Of a DNA stretch of 64,000 bases, positions 31,915 to 57,180 are shown piece after piece. The DNA lies in the NCBI RefSeq assembly GCF_009914755.1, contig NC_060927.1; one strand, 5' to 3'. This DNA is from the human T2T-CHM13v2.0 reference genome, Homo sapiens. The first letter of the stretch is position 1. Every line of letters begins with the position of its first letter. The position numbers were made by a program, and so were the translations under genes. The notes under the pieces were generated by a model. It was not told the origin of the DNA. It did not search any database and saw nothing but the letters and a program-made list of their open reading frames with translations.

Positions 31915-32850
31915 GGGGATGGTATATACATACAATGAAATATATTGAACCTTAAAAAGGAAAGAAATTCTGACACATGATACAACATGGAGGAATCCTG
32001 AAGACACTTTGCTAGGTATATAAATAAGCCAGTCATGAAAGGACAAACACTGTATGATTCCATTTATATGAGCTACCTAGAGTAATCAAATTCACAGAGA
32101 CAGAAGGTGAAATGGTAGCTGCCAGGGCTCGGGGGAGGGAGGAATGCGGAGTTAGTGTTTAATGGGCACAAAGTTTCAGTTTTGCAAGATTAAAAGAGTT
32201 CTGGAGATGGATGGTGGTAATGACTGAGCAATAATGTGAATGTACTTGATGCTAGAGAATTGTGCACCAAAAGACAGTAAAAATGATAAATTTTATGTCA
32301 TGTGTATTTTACCACAATAAGAAAATGCGGGAAAAAAGAATGTCCCCGTACAAATCTGACCATAGTTTGAATAACTGTCTTTATTTTGCTCACAATTGTA
32401 GTCGGCTGTGGTCTAACATCCCTCATATCATCTCCCTCCTTCAAGCATCTCTTAAAATGATGGTGAATGTAATGAGTTTAATTGCGTTCCCTCAAAAAGA
32501 TATGTTCAAGTCCTAATCCCTGGTACCTGTGAATGTGATCTCATTTGGAAACAGGGTACCTGCAGATATAATTAAGACACAAGACAAAATAAGGTCATTA
32601 GGGTGGGCTCTAAGTCCAATCACTGGTGTCCTTATAGGAAGAGAAGAGAAACACACACACACGTGAAGACCAGAGATTGGAGTGATGCTGCTGTAAGTCA
32701 AGAACACAAAGGAAGGCTGACAGCCAAAAGAAGGGAGATGAGATCAGGGAAGCTTCCCTCCCAGAGTCTGCAGGGGGCATGAGGCCCTGCCCACACTTTG
32801 ATATTGGACTTCTTAGCCTCCAGAACAAGAATAAATTTTTGTTGTTTTAA
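31915..32850 (+). mobile_element. L1MA/MB 3'-end fragment (about 31915-32330) and MLT1-type LTR (about 32465-32850)
   Basis: Characteristic 'atgattccatttatatgag...atggatggtggt' and 'tatgttcaagtcctaatccctggtacctgtgaatgtga'. Confidence 0.65.
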
Positions 32851-33501
32851 GAAAAAAAGAAAAAAAAAGGTTAAAATGGTAAATTTCATGTACATGTATT
32901 TCACTGAAAGGAAGGAAGGAAGAGAAGGAGGGAGGGAAGGAGACAGAAGGAAGGAAAGGAAAGGGAAGGGAGAAAGAAGTAAGCAGGGGTACACAGAAGA
33001 TGACATGATATAGTTTCCTTATGGATATATATGTAAATGTGCAGAAAAAGATCAGGGAAGATAGAAATGAAGTTTATAAGAGTGGTGGCCTCTGGGTGGG
33101 GCTTGGGTGGGGACTTTAGTCTTTTTGTAATATTTCAGCTTTTTACAGAGTGGGTATATTCATATATTACTTGTGAAATTTAAAAACATAATTTTGACCA
33201 GGCATCGTGGCTCATGCCTGTAATCCCAACACTTTGGGAGGCCAAGGCAGGTGGACCACTTGAGCTCAGGAGTTTGAGACTAGCCTGGGCAACATGGCAA
33301 AACTCTGACACTACTAAAAAAAATAATAATAATACAAAAAGTTAGTGGGCATCGTGGTGCATGCCTGTAGTCTCACTTATTTGGGAGTGCTGAGGTGGGA
33401 CGATTGCTTGAGCCCAGGAGTCAAAATCAGCCTGGGCAACATGGTGAAACCCCATCTCTACAAAAAATTAGTCAGGCATGGTACAAGCGCCTGTAGTCTC
33501 A

Positions 33502-33708
<207 letters not shown>

Positions 33709-33715
33709 TCAAATA

Positions 33716-37284
<3,569 letters not shown>

Positions 37285-37819
37285 CATATACGCTTGAGTA
37301 TCTATAAGCATGTCTGGAAGGATACAGAAGCAGCTTAATGACGGTTACCTCTGAGAAGTAGCCTGGGGGAGAGAGGGAAGGAGGCAGGGAAGGAGAGCTT
37401 TTAAGAAATAAGAAACTCAGCTGGGCATGGTGGATCATGCCTGTAATCCCAGCATTTGGGAGGCCGAGGCGGGTGGATCATCTGAAATAACAATTCGAGA
37501 CCAGCCTGGCCAACGTGGTGAAACCCCGTCTCTACTAAAAATACAAACATTAGCCAGGTGTGTGGTGCGCACCTGTAATCACAGCTACTTGGGAGACTTA
37601 GGCAGGAGAATTGTTTGAACCCGGGAACGGGAGGCTGCAGTGAGCCAAGATGGGCCACTGCACTCCAGCCTGGGTAACAGAGCGAGACTCCATCTCAGAA
37701 AGAAAAGAAAAGAAAAGAAAAGAAAAGAAAAGACTAAAAAACTAAAGGAGAGTTCAAAGGAAGATTACTTGAGTTTAGGGAATAAAATTAGGATGAGCCT
37801 AAGAAGAGGTAAAGAATAA

Positions 37820-38231
<412 letters not shown>

Positions 38232-39805
38232 TGAGTTATTGTTATTATTATTATACTTTAGAGATAAGGTCTTGCTCTGTCACCCAGGCCGGAGTACAGT
38301 GGTGTGATCATAGCTCACTGCAGCCTCAAACAACTGGTCTCAAGTGATCCTCCTGCCTCAGCCTCCCCAGTAGCTGGGACTAGAGGCACAAGCCACCACA
38401 CCCAGCTAATTTTTATTTTTTTGTAGAAATGGAGTCTCACTCTCTTTCTGGGCTTGTCTCAAACTCTTGGCCTCAAGCCTCCCTCCTTGGCCTCCCAAAG
38501 TGCTGGGGTTACATGCATGAGGCACCGCGCCTGGCCTATGCTTAGCTTTTTAATAGGGTTTCATTAGAACACGGTTACACCATCCTCTTTTAGGGAGGCC
38601 TTTTTTGTGTTCAGTTGCCCCTCTGTGCATGACTCAACACAGCTGCCACCTGTTATAGGGGATCAGGCTGGGTGTGCTCAGGGTCTTCTGTCCTTGAACA
38701 GACTCTCCAGAGGCCCCACTCCCTTCTCCCTTGATGTGGCCTCTCTGATCTGCCACCTACCACTTTTTCACCTGGGTCCCTGTCCCCCAGGCCCTGCAGA
38801 TGGAAGTTCAGCTATAGGGAAGAAACAGGCCTCAGTGGGGGCAGAAGATTCTGCTGCTGCAGGGGCCCTGGAGGACAGTGCGGGGCTGCAGAAGCTGCCA
38901 AAGGAGCTTTCACCTGCCCACCCCACGCCACATGTCCCCTGTGTGCTAGGACCCTCCTCAGCAAGAGAAGGAAAATGTCTACAAGTTCAAAGGGGGCAGG
39001 CACTGGAAGGTGATCCAGCACCAGGTATTACAGTCTCCAAAAGCTGCTTGCTGTAGCATCTGCTGGGGCTGAACCCACTGAACCATCCCCTAGACCCAGA
39101 CCCCTCTTTTCAGGCTGTCCCCAGCTGAACTGTGTAGATGAGTTCACCAAAACATATGTGCTAGAAGGTTCGTAGGAGCTTTACTCACAATCCCAAATTG
39201 GAAACAACACAAATGTCTATTAACAATGTAATGGATAAATAAATTGTGCAGTTTACTCCAACAAAATAGTATACAGCAGTGAAGACGGACAAACTGTGGT
39301 TACCTGCAACAACCTGGATGAATCTTCATGTGAAGCAAAAGTGTGATTCCATTTATATACATTTCAAAAACAGGCAAAATCAGTCTATAGGATTAAAAGT
39401 CAGGCCGGGTGCGGTGGCTCACGCCTGTAATCCCAACACTTTGCGAGGCCAAGGTGGGCGGATCACGAGGTCAGGAGATCGAGACCATCCTGGCTAACAT
39501 GATGAAACCCCGTCTCTACTAAAAATACACAAAATTAGCTGGGTGTGGTGGCGGGCGCCTGTAGTCCCAGCTGCTCAGGAGGCTGAGTCGGGAGAATGGC
39601 ATGAACCTGGGAAGCGGAGCTTGCAGTGAGCTGAGATTGTGCCACTGCACTCCAGCCTGGGCAACAGAGCAAGACTCTGTCTCAAAAAAAAATAAAGTCA
39701 GGATTACCTTTGGAGGAGTGACTGGAAGGGGGAATGAGGTTTATGACCTAGGTGCTTTTTTCATAGTCATGTTCACTTTGTGATTTTCTTTGGGCTGTAG
39801 ATTTA

Positions 39806-40207
<402 letters not shown>

Positions 40208-41722
40208 TTAGGTATAGTGCCCCTTTGCAGTAGCATTCAATAATATAATCAGTCATTAAAGAGAATGAGGAAGCTCCTTATGTGCTGGTGTGGAATGATC
40301 TCTGGATACCCTGCTAAGTGAAAGGCAAGGCTCATGGTAACAAATACTGCACAATGTTCCCATTGCAAAGAGGCAGGAAATCATATGTATGTGGGGGTAT
40401 ATTTTCTTGCAGGTACATAAAATATTTTCAGACATATTTATAAGACACTGACAACCTTGGCTCCTTCTAAAGAGGGGCATTGGGTAGCTGGAGGAGCAGA
40501 TTTTTCTCTGATAACCTGTTGCACCTTTTGAATTTGAAGCCGGGTAAATAAATTACCGACAGAAACCATAAAGTGGGTGGGGTTTGACTGCTAGTAAATG
40601 ACTATTACCAGAGATTTTCATTCACTTGGAATGAAATAATTAAAGCAGCAAAGAAAGGCAATGCAGAGGTCAAATGTAACTTATAGAAATCATGGATTAA
40701 TCTCAAAAACAGAAAAATGAAACGTTTAAACCTCTTTTGACTGAGCTTGCCAATTTACAGGAATTTATCGAAGAAAATGTTCACAGATGTCCTCTAAGAT
40801 TTAACTGTGAGGATGTTCATCACGTTGCTGTTTATAAAAGAAAGAGGGAGGGGAAGACGAAAAAGATGAGGAGGAAGAGTATAAGAGCAAGGGGAGGAGA
40901 AGGAGGAGAAATAATGAAGGAAGGGAGGAAAGACAAAAACTCCTACTATATCGATACAGGAATATAGCTCTTTCATACCACAGAGTACTACTCAGCTACT
41001 AAAAGTATACTGAGGAAGGTTTAATGATATATAAGAAATACTCATGATGTGTTAGGTCTCAAAAGGCTTTTAAAAATAACACACAACATAATTTCTTTTT
41101 GGGAAAAATGTTCACACAGTGACAGCAAATAGTTATATAGAATTTACCATGCCAGGCACTATAATAAGTACTTTACACATGCTAGTTCATTTAATCTCTA
41201 CAACTCTATGGAATAGATACTGTTATTATCTTCTTTTTACAGATGAGGACACTGAGGTGCAAGACGTTTGAGGTTATCCAAGTTATCCAGGGTCACACAA
41301 CTGGTAAGTTGCAGGATTTGGACCCAGACAGCCTGCTTCTAACCAGCACTCTATACTGTTATGAGTATAGACTATGCAGTGAAGAATGACTATTGCTGAG
41401 ACACTAAGACTACGGGTGTAATTCTGCTCAAAATATATTCTCCAATTTTTCCACAAAGAACAATGATAATTTTTAAAAAGCAATAAAACTCTTAGAAAAG
41501 GTGAGATATACAAAGAATCACTGTAGCACAGAATACACAGCCAGCTGTTTGTGTCCGCTGACAGTCCCTCCTTCAATTTAGGAAGGTTTTTCCAGAAGGA
41601 CCTGGCTAGGTTTGAGACTGAGGGGAGTCCAGTGAATGATTTCTGTCCACATTGGGGCCACAGCTTGCTTGCTCGCTTGCTTGCTTTCCTATATTTTTAT
41701 TTTCATTATAATTTCTTTTTGA

Positions 41723-41827
<105 letters not shown>

Positions 41828-42229
41828 TGAATAGCTGAGACTACAGCCACGCACCACCACGCTCAGCTAATTTTTGTATTTTTTTAGAGAGGGGGTTTCA
41901 TCATGTTGCCCAGGCTGGTTTTGAACTCCTGACTTCAGGTGATCTGCCCACCTCACCCAAAGTGCTGGGATTACAAGCGTGAGCCACCAGGTCTGGCCAG
42001 GGGGGCCACAGCTTTCAAAGGGAATGGCTTCCCCAGGACACAAGGGGGCCGTGGTGACAACTGTCTCACAGGGAGATCCCCCAGGAGAAGGAAGTTCGGG
42101 AAGTGGGTTGGAGATGCCTGTCCACAGGCCCTCCCTACCAGGTCTGAGCACTCAGCTCTGTTCCTGCCCATCCAGGGCAGGGGCTTATCTTACAAGGGAG
42201 ACTGAGCTTCTCCTTTTAAAATCTGAGAC

Positions 42230-44330
42230 ATCCAGGCCCAATCTTAATGCCCCTATCAGCTCCTAGGAGGTGACTCCTGTCCCATCCAACAACCTAGATG
42301 CTGAGGCCAGCCTGGGAGGTATCCTAGATCCTCCCTTTCTCTCACCTCCTACACCCAATCCATTTGCAAGGCTGACTAACTCAACCTCCAAAAAATGTCC
42401 AGCACCAGACCCCTTCTCTCCATCTCCACTGCTAGCTACCACCTTGCTCCAAGCCCCATGACCTTCCTCCCTGATTACCACAGTCACCTTCAAACTAGTT
42501 TCTCTGCTTCTACCCTTGCTCCACCATCACCTGTTCCACATTCAGCATCCAGAATGAACATTCAAAAACAAATGGTATCATGGCTGGGCACAGTGGCTCA
42601 TGCCTGTAATCCTAGCACTTTGGAAGAGTGAAATGGGAGGATTGCTTGAGGCCAGGAGTTCGAGATCAGCCTGTGCAACATAGTGAGACCCTATCTCTAA
42701 AAAAAAAATTAGCAGGAGGCTGAGGCAGGAGAATGGCGTGAACCTGAGAGGCAGAGCTTGCAGTGAGCTGAGATCGCGCCACTGCATTCCAGCCTGGGTG
42801 ACAGAGCGAGACTCTGTCTCAAAAAAAAAAAAAAAAATTCAGCCGGGTGTGGTAGTGCGCGCCTGCAGTCCCAGCTACTCAGGAGGCTGAGATGGGAGGA
42901 TCACTTGAGCCCAGGAATTTGAGGCTACAGTGAGCTATGATCGTGCCACTGTACTGCAGCCTGGGCAACAGAGCAAGACCCTGTCTCAAAAAAAAGAAAG
43001 AAACCAGCTCTCCTACTTAACTCTCTCTTCATGGCATTCAGAATAAAATCCTGCCAACAGCTGACCGTGGCTTCCAGGCCCCAGCCTCCCTCCATTTCCT
43101 CTGGTGCCATTCAGCTTCTCGCTTGCACTCTGGCCACACTGCCCTCCTTTCTGTTCCTGAAAACGTGTCAAATTCATCCTCTCTTCCTGGGACACTCTTT
43201 CTCTAAGTCATTCAGTCTCAACTCGTGGTTCCAGACCTTGAGGGGCTCACAGTTTTGGAGGGGGGTACTGTTGGGAACACAAATAATGGCATCTGGCATC
43301 ACAGATGACTTGTGGAGAGATGGAACCCCATCACTTTGTGCAGTAATTATTTGGTAACAGCATTTACTCTCATCTGCCACCCTAGGCCCAGCCTGCAAGG
43401 AGTCCACAGCCTGTTAATAACCTTGGCATCTGTCCCTCCTCAGGGTACCCCTATTGTCCTAGGCTGGCTCTGCCACATCCACCTCTAGGATTTGGTGAAA
43501 AGCCTCCCACTGCTCTCTCCATCCCTTCCAAGTCCACCTTCTCCTGCAGACATGTGGCCTTCCTCGAGCCTATCTTCCTCAGCCCCTCAATTGCTAATTT
43601 GCCTCCTCCTGCTCTGACTCCTGTCTCACAGTTAGTTTTTCTGGCTCTTCCTCCTCCGCCCGCCCCTTAAGGTTGCTGTTCCCTAGGCTGTCTCTTCTCC
43701 CTCCATACGTTCTCCTTGGGCAATTTCATCTATGCTCAGATTCATACAATGATGCCTCAAATCGCCATCCACAGCTGAGACCTTCTCCTCATCCCCAGAC
43801 CTCAGTAACACTCATTGGACCTTTCCCCTTGCACATCCCATAAGAACCTCAAAATCAGTGTTTCCCAAATAGACCTTCTCTTCCTCCACCCTAGGTCTGA
43901 TCTTCATCCTATGTCCTTTGTGAATGTCACTCCACAGACCCAATTATCTGTAAGAAACTTGGAGTCATTGTAACAACTGCCTTGTCCTCAAAACCAACAC
44001 ACCCATTGGTCTTCTAAATAGGTCTCCAATCTTTCTCCTCCTCTCCATCCGCCATCCTTGGCATCTCTCACCTGGATCGCCTTCTTCCCGGGCTCCCTCC
44101 TCCCATCAAGCCTCCAACTGGTCCATTCTCCGCAGCAGCCTCCCAAGTCATCTTTCTAAACCCACATCTGACCCTGGTCACTCCCATGCCTGAAAGTGAT
44201 TGTCCATCATCTAGGAATAAGACCCGAACTCCAAAGCCACTGTCAAGGCCCTCCATAAGCCAGCCCTAACTACTTCTCCAGGCTCCTCTCCCAACTGTTC
44301 CCACTTTTCAACCCTTTCTCCCTTGTTCTA
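42230..44330 (+). mobile_element. L2 fragments with Alu insertions (about 42581-43000)
   Basis: L2-like text (ctccactgctagctaccacc, catctttctaaa...ctgaccctggtcactccc). Confidence 0.55.
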
Positions 44331-44562
44331 GCACAGGCCATGGAATGTTGGAAAGCTGAAGCCAAAGTGATTTGATTCCGGTCACACAACAACAAATAAT
44401 AATTGCTAACGTTTATTAAGTGTTTTGTTTGTGCCATGGTGTGCACGCAAATTCACAATCAATCCTTCAACAGCGCCATGAGGCAGTTATTATTATTGTC
44501 CCCATTTTATAGGTGAGTAAACCGAGACTCAGAAATCAGGTAATATTCCTGAGAGCACTTAG

Positions 44563-44923
<361 letters not shown>

Positions 44924-45169
44924 TAAACTGTGCTGCCTCCAAAGGAATGGGTGGCAGAGCTGAGACTTAAATCAGATATCATCATTAATTCATTCAATAG
45001 ACATTAATTAAGCACCTATATGCCAGGTACAGATTCCTGATCCAGGGCACTCATAATGCATTAAATTCCTCTGGGGCTGGGCATGGTGGCTCACACCTGT
45101 AATCCAGCACTTTGGGAGGCTGAGGTGAGTGGATCACTTGAGGTCAGGAATTCCAGACCAGCCTGGTCA

Positions 45170-50210
<5,041 letters not shown>

Positions 50211-50396
50211 AAAAAAAACCCTTTAACAATGAACTGCTGTCTACAAGTAAAGTCTGGGGTCAGGCATGGTGGCTCATGCCTGTATCCCAGTACTTTGGGA
50301 GGTCGAGGTAGGTGGATCACCCAAGGTCAGGAGTTCAAGACCAGCCTGGCCAACATGGTGAAACCCCGTCTCTACTAAAAATACAAAAATTAGCTA

Positions 50397-50531
<135 letters not shown>

Positions 50532-52066
50532 CTATCTCAAAACAAACAAACAAACAAACAAAAACAAATAAAGTCTAAACTCCTTACCATGACTTAGAAG
50601 GTCTCTACAATCCAGCTCTGGCCCACTTCCCCAGTCTCAACTCTTACCTTTCCTGGCCTAGTTGCTTAGAGTCCCCAGATACAGCTACTATTCCCACCTC
50701 CATGCCTGTGATCATCCTGTTCCTCTTTCCTACCCATCCTTTAAGACTCAGCTCAAATGTTACCCTTTTGGGAAGACTTCCCTGGCTCTCTTTAACTGTG
50801 TTGGAAGTCCCCTCCCTGCCCTCAGAATACCCTGTACATGAATCTCCCATTTCATGTATTGTACCATATTGTGATGATCTGTTTTTGTTCCTGCCTCTCC
50901 CATCAGACTATGAGCTCCCTGGGAGCAAGGATTCTTACTCAGGATTTCTAGAGGCTAGCACAGTGCCTGACACACACACACGACACGGTCAGTAAAGGGT
51001 TGATGTGAGAAACACAAGAAGAGGGGTGGGGAGAGGGAAGTGAGGCAAAAGTAAAGGGAGGGAAGGAAAGGAGAACAGAAGAGAGGAAAGAAGGTAAAAC
51101 AGTGACTCAAAAGTACTAAAAAAGAGAGAGGAAGGAAGGGAGAATTGGGGGAGGAAGAAAGAAATGAGGGAGGAACAGAGGAAAGAGGGAGAGGAGGAGG
51201 GAAAGCGGAAAGAAATTCTCTCAATGTGTTTATCAGTATCACGCACATACAACAAAGACAGTGGAAGAATAAAATTCCAAATCAAATCTGAAACAAGACC
51301 CAGGGCAATGTGCTGGGCATGGTGGCTCAGGCCGGTAATTCCAGCACTTTGGGAGGCCAAGGTGGGAGGATCACTTAAGGCCAAGAGTTGAACAGTCTGG
51401 GAAACATAGTGAGACCCTGTCTCTACAAAAAATAGAATAAAGGCCAAGGTGAGCAGATCACCTGAGGTCAGGAGTTCAAGACCAGCCTGGCCAACATGGT
51501 GAAACCCCATCTCTACTAAAAAATACAAAAATTAGCTAGAAATTGTTTGAACCCAGGAGGTGGAGGTTGCAGTGAGCCAAGATCATGCCACTGCACTCCA
51601 GCCTGGACAACAGAGTGAGACTCCATCTCAAAATAAATAAATAAATAAGATAAAATAAAATAAAATAAAATAATTAACAAGGCATGGTGGTGTGTGCCTG
51701 TAGTTCTAGCTACTGAGGGAGCTGAGGTGGGAGGATTTCTTAAGCCCGGGAGCCCAAGGTTACAGTAAGCCATGATCGCACCACTGCACTCCAGCCTGGA
51801 CAACAGAGCCAGACTCAGTTTCAAATAAAAGAAAAGAAAGAAAGAAATGGAGAGAAATGTAGATGAATATTCTATGCCATAGTGATGGGAGTTCCTGGTT
51901 GAGGTTCCTAGCCCAGAGACCCTGATAATTAAGAACACACATCTGGGCCAGGTGCAGTGGCTCACACCTGTAATCCCAGTACTTTGGGAGGCCGAGGCCA
52001 GCGGATCACTTGAGGTCAGCAGTTCGAGACCAGCCTGGCCAACATGGTGAAACCCTGTCTCTACTA

Positions 52067-52201
<135 letters not shown>

Positions 52202-53667
52202 CTAGGTGACAGAGGGAGACTCGGTCTGAAAAAAAAAAAAAAAGAAAAAGAAAAAAAGAACACACAACTGGAAGGCTGAAAGGTACTCACTTCTAGATCC
52301 CCCAAACCCCTCTTCCTGCCTCCTCCCACCTCCAGGGTCCACCAGCTTCCATTCCATTCTACACATTCTATTCTCTGCTGCGGTCCAGGTACCAGGGTGG
52401 TGCCTGGCACACAATAAGCACTTAGTATTGAATGAATGTGGTCAGAACCACCTCCCTTCCATGGAATGAGGATAGGTCTGGGTACAAGTCTCACTCTGTC
52501 ACCATGAACTTGTCCCTTCTCTCTGAGACTCAGACCCAGTCCTTACATCTTTAAAATGAGGGAGTTGGGGAAGTGGATTGATAAGACTCTTTCCAGCTGA
52601 CAGTTTATGCCTTCTTAAGCCCTTTGGTCATCCCAGCAAGTCCAAACTCTAAGTGTCAAAGATCCCTCACAAACTGCTCTTCCCTCGGACTATGTCACAA
52701 GAGTAACAGCGACTATGTATTGAATGCTTCTCATACACCAGGACCACACTCAGCATTTTACTACCTTCATTTCCAAAGCAGGTGCAATGATAATTTCTAT
52801 TTTTATAGATGGAGAAACTGAGATTCAGAGAGGCAAACCCATTTCTCCAAGGCCCACAGTTGGAAAGTGGAAGAGCAGGGATTCTAAGTCCTCTATTCTT
52901 GGTTCGTTTTGTTTTATTTTTGAGACACGGTCTGGCTCTGTTGCCCAGGCTAGAGTGCAGCGGCATGATCATGGCTCACTGCAGCCTCAACCTCCTGAGC
53001 TCAAGTAATCCTCCCACCTCAGCCTCCTGAGTAGCCGGGACCACAGGCGAGTGCCACCACATCCGGCTAATTTTTAAATTATTTGTAGAGATGGGGTCTC
53101 ACTATGTTGCCCAGGCTGGTCTCAAACTCCTAGACTCAAGCAACCCTTCTGCCTCAGCCTTCGAAAATGCTGAGATTACAGGCCTGGGCCACTGTGCCTG
53201 GCCATAAGTCCTGTGGTCTTACACGACTAGCACATACTTATCCTGGCACCCCCGACCCTTAACCACACTTCACCTTGAATCTCAAACCCAGTTGGGAGTG
53301 TCCCCCGGCTAACTACACCGGGCCCACAGGTAACATTTAGTCCATGGAGATTATAGCTCTGTAATTTGTGTATTCACTTCCTGGGTTCCAGTTCAGTGAT
53401 ACAAACAGGTTCTAGATCTGTATTAGACTTGCGTTGAGTTTTAGCTCCACCTTTCACTAAATGTGTGACCTTGGAGCAAGTTATTTCAACAGATGAGGAT
53501 TAAATGACAACGAGTGTGAAAACGTCTAGCATAGAAGCTGGCACATTGGATATTCTTAGTAAATGGGAACAACCGGGTAAAAAACGTAGCAGAGATATCC
53601 TGCCTCTCTACTTAGTTAGCAGTTGACTCTTCTGGCAAAAACATGCTGTTGCTATCCCCACAATTAA

Positions 53668-53967
<300 letters not shown>

Positions 53968-55515
53968 TGATCAGCCTGCTTCAGCCTCCCAAAGTGCTGA
54001 GATTACAGGCATGAGCCACCGAGCCTGGCTGATCTCCGGTTTTAGAGTCAGACATATGGAGTTACAATTCGGGCTCCACCACTTACCAACTGTATGACCT
54101 TGGACAAATGACTTTTTCCTCTTTGAAGCTCAGCTTGATCTCACCTATACAATATGAATAATGGTACCTACTCCACAAGATTGTTGTGAGTATCAAATTA
54201 TATAATGCATGTAAAATGTTAGCTATTTTTCTGTAATAATGATAACAGTCATAGCAGTATCCAACTGCTGCTGATTAAAGTCGAAATTCTTTGACCCAGC
54301 ATACTGTGGCCCCCATAATTCCTTCCTCTCCTCTCCTCATGCTGCTCCCCTATGTGGATGCCACACTCAAGCCAGATGTGTCTTTCTCACCGCTGTGTCT
54401 TTGCCCATGATCTTCCTCTCCATTCAGGATGCTCTCTCATACCTCCCACCTGGTAACACCCTGCCCAGCTCAAGCCTCGCTTCCCAACTAAGCTGGCAGC
54501 CCCCTCTGCTGCTCCGGGTTTCCATGGCATTTCCAGCCCGCACATATTAGTGCTCAGACTGCCCAGGGGAAAACTTCTGTTGGTGCTTGTCTTGCCCATG
54601 CTACCCCTCTTCCAGTGCTCACACTTGATTTATCTTTGAGGGAATTGGCCTTTCTCCACTATCAGTCCATGTGTGGTTCCAGGGATAGGCATGTGGCTCG
54701 GGCCTTAGACAGAGTCACCATGATTAATTAAGAGGTGGACACTTGACCAAGCTGGGCCAATCTGGCTCAGCCCTGGAACGTTTGCTGGAATTATTCTTTT
54801 TCCACAAGCACTGCTAAGCTGAAACAATGTAAATTAGATCTACTAGTAGCCTTATTTGTCACCTTGAAGACAGAAGTGGATTTAAAATGAGCGAGCACAG
54901 AGGAACCAAGAAATGGAGAGAGACAGATTCTTCATGGCGTGATTTGAACATCTGGATCTGTCCATGCCCGAAGCCAAATACTCCTGACTTTCAAATTAAG
55001 TGAGCCGATAAACCCTAGCCTCTTTATTTTTTTCTAATTTATTTAAGCCAGCTCGAGTTGGGTTTCTGTCATTTGCCACTGAAAAACTGCTGACTAATAT
55101 AGTGACGTAACTAGACAGTATGCTCCCTGAGAGCAGGAATTGCATTTTATAGACCTAAGATCCTTGGAGACAGGGATGATGTCTTATGCATCTCAGTATT
55201 ACAGGACTAAGCATAGGGATGGTTATAGAGCTGGTGAAGAACAAACAAAAGAATAAATATCTTTTTGTATTTTCCCAATGCCCCCATGCTCTGCACTCAG
55301 AAGACCCTAAAATACTTGAATAAAAGTTAACAGGAACAGGCCAGGCATGGTGGCTCATGCCTGTAATCCCAGCATTTTGGGAGGCCGAGGCGGGTGGATC
55401 ACCTGAGGTCAGGAGTTTGAGACTAGCCTGGCCAACATGGCGAAACCCCATCTCTACTAAAAATACAAAAAATTAGCCAGGCGTTGTGGCAGGCACCTGT
55501 GATCCCAGCTACTCA

Positions 55516-55620
<105 letters not shown>

Positions 55621-55729
55621 TCAAAATTTAAAAAAAAAGTTAACAGGTACAAAATCATATGACAGGCACTTTAATTCTTATCTGACAAAAACAGAGCCCT
55701 TTGATTCTCCACAGTTCCTCTGAGGATGA

Positions 55730-56056
<327 letters not shown>

Positions 56057-56744
56057 TGAGTCACAGACCCAAGTCAGCCAAGAACCCCCACCCCAAGACT
56101 CGTAGTCCAGTGGTCTGGCTTCTGGCCTGGTGTCACTTTATTAAGCAAAGTGAATCAGTCACTCACCCAGAGAACTCAGAAATCTCTGAACAAAATGGAA
56201 TAAACTGCTCAACTCTGCCAACTGCCCCCTCAGCCCACATGGGTGGGGCAGTAATGCAAGCAAAAGTGCCCTGGGCCAGAAGTCAAGGACCCCCGGCTGT
56301 AGAACTAGCTTCCTCCCTTAACAGCTGTGTGACCTCAAGTAAGCCCTTCCCATCTCTATACTCAGTTTCCTCTCTCTAAAACAGGGGGAGGGGAAGGTGG
56401 GATTTGAAGGAGCTGATCTCTAAGGTGCCTGAAATTCTATTATTATATGGGGGTTGTTGGACAATTCATCAAATCCCCAGGATTAAACCCACACAGATTA
56501 CAGAGAATTTGAAAGCCAAGAGGTCAGCAACCCATCTGCAGACTCCAAATTAAGGTTGATGAGTTGAGGATTCCAGCTTGCCTTTGCAGGAGAAATAGAA
56601 TAGAAATACATAATATCACCTCCCTGGGTACCACAGAGAAGTATGGAGCCATATCCCCCATATCCTATAGTTCACCTTTCCCACCCTCTTCAAAGATCCA
56701 CATCTAAATTGAGTTGGGTGAGATGAATTTGAAACAAGCCCATT

Positions 56745-57180
56745 AGAATGTCCACATCTGCCTTCTTCAAAATAGTCCTTTTAGGAGTTTGGGCAATTCT
56801 TCCAATGAGGCAGTAATTCCTCCCTGGATTTGTAAAAGTCCTCTTGTGGAAACAGACCAGCCTCATGACTTTGTCCTCACACCTTGGCTGTCATTCCAAG
56901 TGACAATTATCAATTTGATGACCCATCGTATTCTCTATACTTGATCTGGAGTGACTTCCAGCCATTTCCAAAAGTTACATTCCTCCTTTAAAAGATAGAG
57001 GTTTCTCCTCAATGAAGATATTCAAGTGATTACACCCCATGCTCCAAAGCTAATTCCCTGCAATGCTCTGAACAATGGAATCATCAGCAAGTGATATAAT
57101 GCCTCCTCCAGGGGGTCTCTTTTGGAATGGCAGTCACTTGTTGAATGTCCTGAGGTGCTTATTTTAAAAAACCATCTCTG
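56745..57180 (+). mobile_element. MARNA-like ancient mariner-derived element
   Basis: From 56920 the sequence translates as DPSYSLYLIWSDFQPFPKV, resembling mariner HPPYSPDLAPSDF.LFPKL. Further remnants R.RF..NEDIQ and CSEQWNH follow. Degenerate inverted ends: cttcaaaatagtcc and gggtctcttttggaa. Confidence 0.65.
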
